A DNA stretch of 64,000 bases, taken from Comamonadaceae bacterium (lineage in GTDB: Bacteria; Pseudomonadota; Gammaproteobacteria; Burkholderiales; Burkholderiaceae_C). The position numbers and the translations under genes are program-made. How positions within the stretch are numbered: position 1 is the stretch's first letter; every line of letters starts with the position of its first letter. The stretch lies in assembly GCA_947454955.1 (NCBI GenBank), contig CANGLW010000007.1:28915-92914 (forward strand), written 5' to 3'. Positions 35,213 to 43,601 of the stretch are shown here, piece by piece. The notes beneath the pieces were generated by a model. It searched no databases, had not been told where the DNA came from, and was given only the letters and a program-made list of their open reading frames with translations.

Positions 35213-36058
35213 TCAGCTGCGCAGCCCGAAAAACAAGCCCAGGTACATCAGGGCCGACATGGCAATCCAGGGGTCACGCAGCAGGTCGCGCGACACATCT
35301 TCGCCGCGGCCGCGGTGCACCTGCAGCATGTAACGCATCATGGCAAAAATGACCACCGGCACGGTGTAGACCAGCCGCTCGCCGTGCTGCGCCAAGGTCT
35401 CGGTGCTGGTGGCGTACAAGCTGTAGGTGGTGATGGTGGCGGTCATGGTCACCGCCATCAAGGTGTCGAGCAAGGCGCTGGGGTAATGCTCCAGGACCGC
35501 GCGCTGCTGGGCCGAGTCGTGAAAGCTCTCGGCCTTGCGTTTGGAGAAACCTAAAAACAGAGCCACAAACAAACCGGTGAGCAGCATCCACCGCGACGGC
35601 GCAATGCCCACCGCGATGGTGCCGGCCAGCAAGCGCAACATGAAGCCGCTGGCGATGATGCTCACATCGACCACCGGCACATGTTTCAAGCCTAGCGAGT
35701 AAGCCAGGTTCATGGCCACATAAACAGCCAACAGCACCAGCAGCACGACATTGCCCCAAGCTAAGCCAAGACCTAACGCTCCTAAAACCAGAGCTAACAC
35801 ACCAGCTGTGGCGGGGCTCACAGCCCCACTGGCTAAGGGGCGGCGGCGCTTGGTGGGGTGGCGCGCATCGGCTTGGCGGTCGCGCCAATCGTTCAAGATG
35901 TACACCAGGCTGGAGATGCAGCAAAACGCGGCAAACACCGCCAGCACGCGTTGCAACAAAGGCCCGTTGGTCAGGTTCTGGCTGAACATCAGGCCCGCAA
36001 ACACAAAGCTGTTTTTCAGCCACTGGTGCGGCCGCATCAATTCGATTGCTTTAAGCAT
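35213..36058 (-). CDS. UbiA-family polyprenyl-phosphate phosphoribosyltransferase (DPPR-synthase-like)
   Basis: RPHQWLKN start, the Asp-rich NDWRDRQAD motif (NDxxDxxxD) and RRRPLASG. 281 aa with about 8 TM segments, like mycobacterial Rv3806c. Confidence 0.75.
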   Translation of the reverse strand: MLKAIELMRPHQWLKNSFVFAGLMFSQNLTNGPLLQRVLAVFAAFCCISSLVYILNDWRDRQADARHPTKRRRPLASGAVSPATAGVLALVLGALGLGLAWGNVVLLVLLAVYVAMNLAYSLGLKHVPVVDVSIIASGFMLRLLAGTIAVGIAPSRWMLLTGLFVALFLGFSKRKAESFHDSAQQRAVLEHYPSALLDTLMAVTMTATITTYSLYATSTETLAQHGERLVYTVPVVIFAMMRYMLQVHRGRGEDVSRDLLRDPWIAMSALMYLGLFFGLRS

Positions 36059-36725
36059 GGCGGTGCTTCGCCTCTTTGTAAAACAAGCTCAAACCTTGCC
36101 ACACCAACCAGGCACTGAGCAGGGTCAGCGGGTAAGCCCACAGCACATCGCTGAGCCAATGCGCCCCCACACCAATGCGCGCAAAACCTATGCCCAAACC
36201 CGCCACCAAACCTGCGCCCAACCACCAATAACGGCGGCGTGGGTAGAGCAGCATGAGGCCGGCCAAAGCCATGCCGCAAGCCGCGTGGCCGCTCACAAAA
36301 GCGCAGTTGTCTTCGCACTGGTTCACACGCGCCAGGGCCGGTGAGAATTCTCGTGTGCCACCGAACTGCTGCACATCAAACGGACGGGCGCGCAAGTGGT
36401 GGTCTTTGACCAAGTAAGTGGCATATCCTGGCCCCAAGCCGATGGACAAACCCACAAAGGCAAAGGCCAAAGCCGCATGGCGCCAGCGTGGCACCAGGCT
36501 GCTGACGATCCAGGCCAAGGCGCACAAAATCACCAAGCTTCGAAACACATCGGGCGTGTATTCATTGACCTGCACCACCCACCACCACTCGGTGGGTTTG
36601 ATGGGCGGGTTGGGCTGCAAAAAATAGCCCGATACCGCCAGGTCCATGGCCGGGAAGAGGGCGGTGGCGACAGCCAACACCAGGCTCACCAGCATCAGCG
36701 CAAAGAACAAAGTTTTGGTGCGCAA
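36051..36725 (-). CDS. PAP2-family lipid phosphatase
   Basis: All three PAP2 motifs are present: KDHHLRARP, VSGH and ARIGVGAHWLSD. It overlaps the UbiA-family gene by 8 nt. Confidence 0.8.
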   Translation of the reverse strand: MRTKTLFFALMLVSLVLAVATALFPAMDLAVSGYFLQPNPPIKPTEWWWVVQVNEYTPDVFRSLVILCALAWIVSSLVPRWRHAALAFAFVGLSIGLGPGYATYLVKDHHLRARPFDVQQFGGTREFSPALARVNQCEDNCAFVSGHAACGMALAGLMLLYPRRRYWWLGAGLVAGLGIGFARIGVGAHWLSDVLWAYPLTLLSAWLVWQGLSLFYKEAKHRHA

Positions 36726-36736
36726 GCCGGTGTCCT

Positions 36737-37102
36737 TTAAGAAGCCACCGCGATGCGCGCGAGCAAATCCACCACCGCGGGGTGTTCACCCACCGCGGCT
36801 TGCAGGCTGAATTGCACGTGCGGGTGCGCAGCCTTGAGCTCGTTCATCAGCACCGGCAAATCTTCGCGCGCGTGTTTGCCCACGCCCAGAAACATGGGCA
36901 CCACGGTGATGGCATTCACACCGCTTTGCACCATCTGCGCACACACGGTGGGCAAGTCGGGCTCGGTCAGCTCCAGGTACGCGCAGGCCACGGTGGCTGA
37001 GTCGTCTAGGCTGGCTGCGTGCTTGGCCACCGCTTCCATGGGCGCGCGCCACAGCGGGTCGCGTGAACCGTGGGCAAACAGCACCACACCGCGTTGCGTC
37101 AT
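36737..37102 (-). CDS. CbiX/SirB-type (sirohydrochlorin) chelatase, short form
   Basis: The start is refined to MTQRGVVLFAHGSRDP (ATG at 37100-37102), followed by ...VVPMFLGVGKH. 121 aa. Confidence 0.7.
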   Translation of the reverse strand: MTQRGVVLFAHGSRDPLWRAPMEAVAKHAASLDDSATVACAYLELTEPDLPTVCAQMVQSGVNAITVVPMFLGVGKHAREDLPVLMNELKAAHPHVQFSLQAAVGEHPAVVDLLARIAVAS

Positions 37103-37116
37103 CTTGTGTCCTTCAT

Positions 37117-38226
37117 CTAGCGCCTCAACACCAACCAGCCAAAAGCTGTGAGGGAGATCAGCGAATAAATCATGCCCGGCAGCGCGGCGGTGAGCCAAGG
37201 CTGCCAGTGTTGCAGCTCACCAATGTAGCCCATGACGTTGTTGAGAAAAAAGAAACTGATGCCCGCCATCACCCCGCCAAACACATAGCCCGAGATGCCG
37301 CTGCTGCGAAAGTGCAGGTAGGCAAAGGGCAGGGCCAGCACCACCATCACCAGGCAGCTCAAGGGGTAAAACACTTTTTTCCAAAACTCAATTTCGTAGC
37401 GCTCGGCCGATTGGTTATTGGCGTCCAAGTGGCGGATGTACTGGAACAAATCCAGTGTGGCCATGCGGTCGGGGCGCAGCACCGCCGCACTCACCATCTC
37501 CGCACTGATCTCGGTGGGCCAGCGCAGGCTAGGCACAGTTTGGCGCTCCAGTTTCTCTTGTGAGGGCTCAGCCCGGGCTTTGAATTCGGTGCGCTGGGCT
37601 TGCTCGAGCTGCCAGCCGGCATCCACAAACTTGGCCGTATCAGCCTTGGTCAGGCTCACCAAAAAGCCCTGGTTGTCGAACTCAAAAATACGCACACCTT
37701 GCAGCGAACCTTCGCTGGTCAACGAATTCACATTCACCGCAAATTGCCCAAAGGTTTGTTTTTCTTTGAGCCACGCCCCAGTTTGCCCCACGCTGATGTT
37801 GCCCTGGTAGCGCGCTTTGAGCAGCTGCGCTGTGCGGTCGGCCCAAGGCGCCAGGTAGTCGCCCACCACAAAGGTGGCCACCACAAACACCACACCGGTC
37901 ACCAGCAGGGTGCGCAGCGCGCGCCACGGCCCCAAGCCACTGGTGCGCAGGATGGTGAACTCCGAGCTTTGTGCCAGGCGCGTCATCACAAAAATGGTGC
38001 CTATCAACACGGTGATGGGCAACAGTTCGTACAAATGGCTGGGGATGAGCAGGGCCACATAGGTCACCGCTTGCGGAATTTTGTAGCCCTCACCCATGCC
38101 CGGGCGGCCGATGGCGGGCAGTTGGTCCACCAGGTCAAAAAACGAGAACAGCGCCAAGAAAGCCAGTGTCACAAACAAGACGGCCGAGAACACCTCGCCA
38201 TAAATCAAGCGGCGTATGGTCTTCAT
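37117..38226 (-). CDS. lptG: LPS export ABC permease LptG
   Basis: The start is refined to MKTIRRLIYGEV (ATG at 38224-38226, ATGA overlap with the lptF stop). YjgP/YjgQ topology with a large periplasmic loop. Confidence 0.9.
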   Translation of the reverse strand: MKTIRRLIYGEVFSAVLFVTLAFLALFSFFDLVDQLPAIGRPGMGEGYKIPQAVTYVALLIPSHLYELLPITVLIGTIFVMTRLAQSSEFTILRTSGLGPWRALRTLLVTGVVFVVATFVVGDYLAPWADRTAQLLKARYQGNISVGQTGAWLKEKQTFGQFAVNVNSLTSEGSLQGVRIFEFDNQGFLVSLTKADTAKFVDAGWQLEQAQRTEFKARAEPSQEKLERQTVPSLRWPTEISAEMVSAAVLRPDRMATLDLFQYIRHLDANNQSAERYEIEFWKKVFYPLSCLVMVVLALPFAYLHFRSSGISGYVFGGVMAGISFFFLNNVMGYIGELQHWQPWLTAALPGMIYSLISLTAFGWLVLRR

Positions 38227-39326
38227 GCGGCCACCTTCTTTGTGGTGGCCCGCTTCAGCCAAGACACACCCAGGTTGTGGTGCCGCTTGTAAAGCCACGC
38301 CACGCCCAGTAACAACACGCCACCATGCAAGCCCACCATGAAGCCCACAAAGCTCACCTGCTGGGTGGCCACCCAGGTTTGGCCCAGGCTGAGCAAGTTC
38401 AAATACACCTGAAACGCCAGGAGCGAGAACACCAGATTCCACGAGCGGCCCACCCGTGGGTTCACCCGCGTGGCGGCCAGCGCGATGATGAGCAGGTTCA
38501 AGGCCGCAAGTGCAAAGCCCGAGCGAAACGCGATTTCGCCCAAGTTGGTGGGCGTGGGGTCTTGCAACAGCTTCAAAGTGGGCACGGTGTTGAGCGGCAC
38601 CTCGGGCGCAGCGCCCAGCACGCCCTGGTCGGCTAGCACGCGGTAGTTGTCAAAGGCCATCACCCGCAGGGCGGTCTTGCCAATTTGGCTCTCCAGCCGC
38701 TGGCCGTTTTCCAGCACCAAAAACCGGTCTTCGCCCTCGGTCACCACACGGCCGCTGCGTGCGGTGGTGATGGTTTCTTTGCCCGCCTCGTTGGTGGCGA
38801 TGAACACATTGCTGGCGGTTTGCTCGGCCATCAGGCTTTTCTCAATGAAAAACACCTTGCTGCCGCCCCCAGACTCCTGAAACTGGCCCGGCTGCACCCT
38901 CTCCAGGTCACCCCGGTTTTCGTAGTGCGACTTCATGTCCTCAATTTGCTGGTACGACCAAGGCAGCACAAACAGCGCCAAACCACCCACGGCCAGCAAC
39001 ACCGGCCAGGCAAAGCGCAGCACCGGGCGCAGCACAAGCCCCAGGCCCACGCCGCTGTTGAACCAAATCACCATTTCAGAGTCGCGGTACATGCGGGTCA
39101 GCGTCGAGACCGTGGCCACAAACAGGCCCATGGTCATGATGTTGGGCAGAAACGCCAGCACGTTGTAGCCCATCACCAGCATCACATCCGAGGGGTTGAA
39201 GCTGCCGCGCGAGGCTTGGCCCAGCGTGCGGATCAGCGTCATGGTCATCACCACCGTGACCAGCACGATCAGCGTAGCCCCAAAACTGCGGGCCAGCTCC
39301 TTGCGGATGGAGGAATGGAATAACAT
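38223..39326 (-). CDS. lptF: LPS export ABC permease LptF
   Basis: MLFHSSIRKELARSF start (ATG at 39324-39326; the track start at 39347 is TTG). YjgP/YjgQ family. Divergent from pepA, as in many proteobacteria. Confidence 0.9.
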   Translation of the reverse strand: MLFHSSIRKELARSFGATLIVLVTVVMTMTLIRTLGQASRGSFNPSDVMLVMGYNVLAFLPNIMTMGLFVATVSTLTRMYRDSEMVIWFNSGVGLGLVLRPVLRFAWPVLLAVGGLALFVLPWSYQQIEDMKSHYENRGDLERVQPGQFQESGGGSKVFFIEKSLMAEQTASNVFIATNEAGKETITTARSGRVVTEGEDRFLVLENGQRLESQIGKTALRVMAFDNYRVLADQGVLGAAPEVPLNTVPTLKLLQDPTPTNLGEIAFRSGFALAALNLLIIALAATRVNPRVGRSWNLVFSLLAFQVYLNLLSLGQTWVATQQVSFVGFMVGLHGGVLLLGVAWLYKRHHNLGVSWLKRATTKKVAA

Positions 39327-39349
39327 TGATGGCAACGAAAAGCCCAATT

Positions 39350-40816
39350 ATGAACTTTCAACTCAAGACCCTCAGCCTCAGCCAAGCCGCCACCCAAAAA
39401 ACCGACGCACTACTGGTGCTCGTTCCCGAAGGTTACAAGCCGGTGCAAGCCCTCAAGGCCCCGCCCGAGGACCTCAACCAAGTCATCGCCCAAGCCCTGA
39501 GCCGGGGCGACTTGCTCACCAAACCCGGCAAGTGGCTGGCCTTGCACCGCCCCGCAGGCGTGGCCGCCACCCGTGTGTTGTTGGCCGGTGTGGGCGAGGG
39601 CAAGCCTGCCCAAGTGCGCAGCGCCATGAACGCGGCCTGGGGCGCTTTGCGTGCCAGCGCGCCAGGCTTGGAAACCCTCACAGTGGTTTTCGCAGGTTCG
39701 GCTAACGCGGCTGCATTGCGTGCCAGTATTTTGGCCTTGAGCGACGCAGGCTATGTCTACAGTGCTACCAAAAAAATAGCAGAGCCCATCACCCTGGACA
39801 AAGTGACGCTGGGTGTGACGGATGCCAAACCCTTGCAAACCGCGTTCAAACACATCTTGGCCACGGCCGAGGGTGTGGCCATGGCCAAAGAATGGGCCAA
39901 CCGCCCGGCTAACCACGCCACGCCCACGTTGCTGGCCAACGCGGCCAAGGGTTTGGCCAGCACCGCCGCGAAATTGAGCTGCCAGGTGCTTGGCCCCAAA
40001 GAGGTGGACAAGCTGGGCATGGGTTCCTTCATGGCGGTGGCCCAGGGCTCGCGCGAGCCGCTGCGCTTCATCGTGCTGAACTACCAGGGCGCGGCCAAAA
40101 CCCTGGCGCCCACCGTGCTGGTGGGCAAGGGCATCACCTTTGACACGGGGGGTATTTCCATCAAGCCCGCGGCTGAGATGGACGAGATGAAGTTCGACAT
40201 GTCGGGTGCGGCGAGCGTGCTGGGCGTGTTCAAGGCCCTGCGCGAGTTGCAGCCCAAGATCAACGTGGTGGGTTTGATTCCCGCAGCTGAAAACATGCCC
40301 GGTGGCAACGCCATCAAACCCGGTGACGTGGTCAAGAGTATGAGCGGCCAAACGATTGAGATTTTGAACACCGACGCCGAAGGCCGCCTGGTGCTGTGCG
40401 ACGCGCTGACCTACGCCGAGCGCTTCAAACCCAAAGCGGTGATTGACATCGCGACCCTGACCGGTGCTTGCGTGATTTCCCTGGGCGCGGTTCGTAGCGG
40501 CTTGTTTGCCAGCAAAGACGATTTGGCTCACGCCTTGCTCAAAGCCGGCGAGGCCGCGCAAGACCTGGCTTGGCGCTTGCCGCTGGACGACGACTACGCC
40601 GAAGGCCTCAAATCCAACTTCGCCGATGTGGCGAATGTGGGCGGGCGTGCTGGCGGGGCCATCACCGCGGCCAAGTTTTTGCAGCGCTTTGCCACCAAAT
40701 TCGACTGGGCGCACCTGGACATTGCCGGCACCGCCTGGAAGGGCGGCGCGGCCAAAGGCGCCACCGGCCGCCCGGTGGGTTTGCTGCTGAGTTATTTGCT
40801 GGGCGAGACGGTTTAA
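39350..40816 (+). CDS. pepA: leucyl aminopeptidase
   Basis: M17 motifs VGKGITFDTGGISIKP and NTDAEGRLVLCDAL. The start ATG is at 39350 (alternative at 39329). Confidence 0.9.
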   Translation: MNFQLKTLSLSQAATQKTDALLVLVPEGYKPVQALKAPPEDLNQVIAQALSRGDLLTKPGKWLALHRPAGVAATRVLLAGVGEGKPAQVRSAMNAAWGALRASAPGLETLTVVFAGSANAAALRASILALSDAGYVYSATKKIAEPITLDKVTLGVTDAKPLQTAFKHILATAEGVAMAKEWANRPANHATPTLLANAAKGLASTAAKLSCQVLGPKEVDKLGMGSFMAVAQGSREPLRFIVLNYQGAAKTLAPTVLVGKGITFDTGGISIKPAAEMDEMKFDMSGAASVLGVFKALRELQPKINVVGLIPAAENMPGGNAIKPGDVVKSMSGQTIEILNTDAEGRLVLCDALTYAERFKPKAVIDIATLTGACVISLGAVRSGLFASKDDLAHALLKAGEAAQDLAWRLPLDDDYAEGLKSNFADVANVGGRAGGAITAAKFLQRFATKFDWAHLDIAGTAWKGGAAKGATGRPVGLLLSYLLGETV

Positions 40817-40830
40817 AAAGTGGTCCACGC

Positions 40831-41259
40831 ATGACCCAAGTCGCTTTTCACTTCAACGCCCCTGACAAGCTGCAGTACGCCGCGCGTTTGCTGCGCAAGG
40901 CCAGCGCGCAGGGGGCCAAAGTGGCGGTGGTGGGTTTGCCTCAGGACCTGCAGGCGCTGGACGTGCAGCTGTGGACGCTCTCGCCCCAAGACTTCATTGC
41001 CCACGCGGCTTGGCCGGCCGAGCCCCAAGTGTGGTCGGCCTCACCGGTGTTGTTGTGTGAAACCGCACAGCAAAGCCACCACCGCGAGGTGCTGGTGAAC
41101 CTGGGACACAGCGTGCCCCAGGGCTACGCAGAATTTGCCCGTGTGATTGAAGTGGTGACGGTGGACGATGCCGAGCGCCAAGCCGCTCGTGGCCGCTGGA
41201 AGCACTACAGCGAGCAGGGCTTGACCATCGTGCGGCATGATATTGCTGTGAACGCTTGA
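40831..41259 (+). CDS. holC: DNA polymerase III subunit chi
   Basis: 142 aa, starting MTQVAFHFNAPDKLQYAARLLRKA. It is downstream of pepA as in E. coli. The 229-aa track ORF overlaps the pepA 3' end. Confidence 0.8.
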   Translation: MTQVAFHFNAPDKLQYAARLLRKASAQGAKVAVVGLPQDLQALDVQLWTLSPQDFIAHAAWPAEPQVWSASPVLLCETAQQSHHREVLVNLGHSVPQGYAEFARVIEVVTVDDAERQAARGRWKHYSEQGLTIVRHDIAVNA

Positions 41260-41280
41260 TTTTTTCTTGAGGAGAAACCC

Positions 41281-42456
41281 ATGAATGCGAAAACCCTGAC
41301 CCTGTCTCTGAGCCTGATCGCTGCAGCCACCCTGGTGGCTTGTGGCAAAAAAGAAGAGGCGCCTAAAGCTGCCGCACCCGCTGCGGTGGTGGTGAAAATC
41401 GGCCACGTGGGCCCGATCAGCGGCGCCATTGCCCACCTGGGCAAAGACAACGAAAACGGCGCGCGCCTGGCGGTTGAAGAACTCAACGCCGCGGGCGTGA
41501 CCATCAACGGCCAAAAAGTCACCCTGGAACTGGTGGCTGAAGACGACGCCGCCGACCCCAAACAAGGCACCGCCGTGGCGCAAAAGCTGGTCGACGCCAA
41601 AGTGGCCGGTGTGGTGGGCCACCTCAACTCAGGCACCACCATTCCGGCTTCCAAAATTTACAGCGACGCAGGCATCCCGCAAATTTCGCCCTCGGCCACC
41701 AACCCCAAATACACCCGCCAGGGCTTCAAAACGGCTTTTCGCGTGGTGGCTGATGACGTGCACCTGGGCTCCACCCTGGGCCAGTACGCGGTGAAAACGC
41801 TGAGTGCGAAAACCATCGCCGTCATTGACGACCGCACCGCTTATGGCCAGGGCGTGGCTGAAGAGTTCACCAAAGCCGCCGAAGCCGCAGGTGCCAAGAT
41901 TGTGGACAAGCAGTTCACCAACGACAAAGCCACCGACTTCAACGCCATCCTGACCGCCATCAAGGCCAAAAAGCCTGATGTGATCTTCTTCGGCGGCATG
42001 GACGCGGTGGGCGGCCCCATGCTCAAGCAAATGAAATCGCTGGGCATCAAGGCCAAGTTCATGGGCGGTGACGGCATTTGCACCACCGACCTGATCAAGT
42101 TCGCGGGCGACGCCATCGGTGAAGAGCAGGTGTTCTGCGCTGAAGCCGGTGGTGTGGAAGGCGAGGGCAAGGCCGGCATGGACGACTTCCGCGCCAAGTT
42201 CAAAACCAAGTTCAACGCCGATGTGCAGCTTTACTCGCCCTATGTGTACGACGCGGTCAAGGTCATGGTGGCAGCCATGGTCAAAGCCAATTCGTCGGAC
42301 CCCGCCAAGTACCTGAGCGAGCTGGCCGCCACGGCCGACTACAAAGGCGTGACCGGCCCCATCACCTTTGACGAGAAGGGCGACATCAAAAACGGCGCGC
42401 TCACCTTGCTGACCTACAAAGGCGGCCAGCGCACCCAGTTGGCCGTCATCCGCTGA
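41281..42456 (+). CDS. branched-chain amino acid ABC transporter substrate-binding lipoprotein (LivJ/K-like)
   Basis: Lipobox LVAC followed by the type-I PBP pattern VKIGHVGPISG...GKD..NGA.LAVEE.N. 391 aa. Confidence 0.85.
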   Translation: MNAKTLTLSLSLIAAATLVACGKKEEAPKAAAPAAVVVKIGHVGPISGAIAHLGKDNENGARLAVEELNAAGVTINGQKVTLELVAEDDAADPKQGTAVAQKLVDAKVAGVVGHLNSGTTIPASKIYSDAGIPQISPSATNPKYTRQGFKTAFRVVADDVHLGSTLGQYAVKTLSAKTIAVIDDRTAYGQGVAEEFTKAAEAAGAKIVDKQFTNDKATDFNAILTAIKAKKPDVIFFGGMDAVGGPMLKQMKSLGIKAKFMGGDGICTTDLIKFAGDAIGEEQVFCAEAGGVEGEGKAGMDDFRAKFKTKFNADVQLYSPYVYDAVKVMVAAMVKANSSDPAKYLSELAATADYKGVTGPITFDEKGDIKNGALTLLTYKGGQRTQLAVIR

Positions 42457-42512
42457 AATTCATCCATCCCGCTCCAGCAAGCCCGTCTTCCTCGGTTAGA
42501 ATACGAGGCTCT

Positions 42513-42602
42513 GGAGAGGTGGATGAGCGGTTTAAGTCACACGCCTGGAAAGCGTGCGTGGGGTAAAACCCACCGCGGGTTCGAATCCCGCCTTCTCCGC
42601 CA
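42513..42602 (+). tRNA. tRNA-Ser (GGA)
   Basis: GGAGAGGTGGATGAGCGG...CACGC-CTGGAAA-GCGTG... with a long variable arm and a GGTTCGAATCC T-loop, ending in CCA. 90 nt. Confidence 0.95.
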
Positions 42603-42609
42603 GATTGGA

Positions 42610-42641
42610 AAGCCCTGCACCTCACGGTGTGGGGCTTTTTT
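42610..42641 (+). terminator. rho-independent terminator after tRNA-Ser
   Basis: AAGCCCTGCACC-tcac-GGTGTGGGGCTT imperfect stem followed by TTTTT. Confidence 0.5.
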
Positions 42642-42773
42642 CATAGGGTTTTGGTGGGTTTTCAAGCTTGCTTTTCATTTGTAAGATCGATCCAAACCGT
42701 CGCCCGGCTCGCTGCCAGGCACCTGAGTTGGGCCGCATCTTCGGCCTGACCGTTGATCGGTTCTAGGGGGCCT

Positions 42774-43601
42774 ATGTCGCCAGCCAGCCAACTGCAGCGT
42801 TCCTCCGGGCTTGAGTCCGGTTCGCTAGACGCGTGCAAACGGTCATTGCTCTCGGTCATTGAATCGCAGATCGTGCCGCAACTCGTGCGCGCGCACGCTG
42901 ACCAACTCGCCAGCGGCCCCACACCGGCCACCCAACACCTCAACCCTAGCGAAGCCACGGTGGCGGAATTTGCCACCCAATGCCACCAGGAAGACGAGCG
43001 CGCCTGCTGGGATTTTGTCGACAGCTTGGTGCAAGAGCACCACAGCGTGCCAGAAATTTTGCTCAACCTCATCACCCCGGCAGCACGTTATTTGGGTGAG
43101 CTGTGGGTGCAAGACCGGCTGGATTTTTCGCACGTGACCCTGGGCCTGCTGCGCATGCAAAACATGACGCACCACTACGGCTTTTTGAACCGCCGCCCCT
43201 ACCACCAAGCCGGCCCCAAATACCGCGCCATGGTGGCCGCAGCACCGGGCTCGCAGCACTTGCTGGGCTTGGCCATGGTGTCGGAGTTCTTTGTGAACGA
43301 CGGCTGGGACGTCTCGGTGGAGGTGACCACCAGCGAACAAGCCTTGTTGGAGGCCGTGCACAAAGACTGGTTTGAGGTGCTGGGCCTCTCAGTGGGCTTG
43401 CTCGAGCAGCTCGACGGCTTGCCCGCGCTCATCCAGGGCTTGCGCCAGCGCTCGCTCAACCCGAAATTGGTGGTGATGCTGGGTGGGGCCGCCTTCACCC
43501 ACCCCGGCACGGTGGATCGACCTTACGGGGCCGATGCGGTCTGCTTGGAGCCACTGGCCGCCATGGCCATGGCGCGTGAGCTGGCGGGCAAATCCACATG
43601 A
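42774..43601 (+). CDS. cobalamin (B12)-binding domain protein (AerR/PpaA / CarH-C-terminal-like), no DNA-binding domain seen
   Basis: A helical B12-binding_2-like segment (LITPAARYLGELWVQDRLDFSHV) is followed by a Rossmann B12 domain with SQHLLG (xxHxxG lower-ligand motif) and VVMLGGAAF. ATG at 42774 follows GGGGG. Confidence 0.6.
   Translation: MSPASQLQRSSGLESGSLDACKRSLLSVIESQIVPQLVRAHADQLASGPTPATQHLNPSEATVAEFATQCHQEDERACWDFVDSLVQEHHSVPEILLNLITPAARYLGELWVQDRLDFSHVTLGLLRMQNMTHHYGFLNRRPYHQAGPKYRAMVAAAPGSQHLLGLAMVSEFFVNDGWDVSVEVTTSEQALLEAVHKDWFEVLGLSVGLLEQLDGLPALIQGLRQRSLNPKLVVMLGGAAFTHPGTVDRPYGADAVCLEPLAAMAMARELAGKST

Noticed and set aside
37117-38442. 441-aa version of the LptG ORF and the 217-aa version of the HAD ORF (32015-32668)
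   Set aside because: The upstream extensions overlap the preceding genes out of frame and are low-complexity. Internal ATGs form ATGA stop-start overlaps with the upstream genes (at 38223-38226 and 32623-32626), which is the more parsimonious gene structure.
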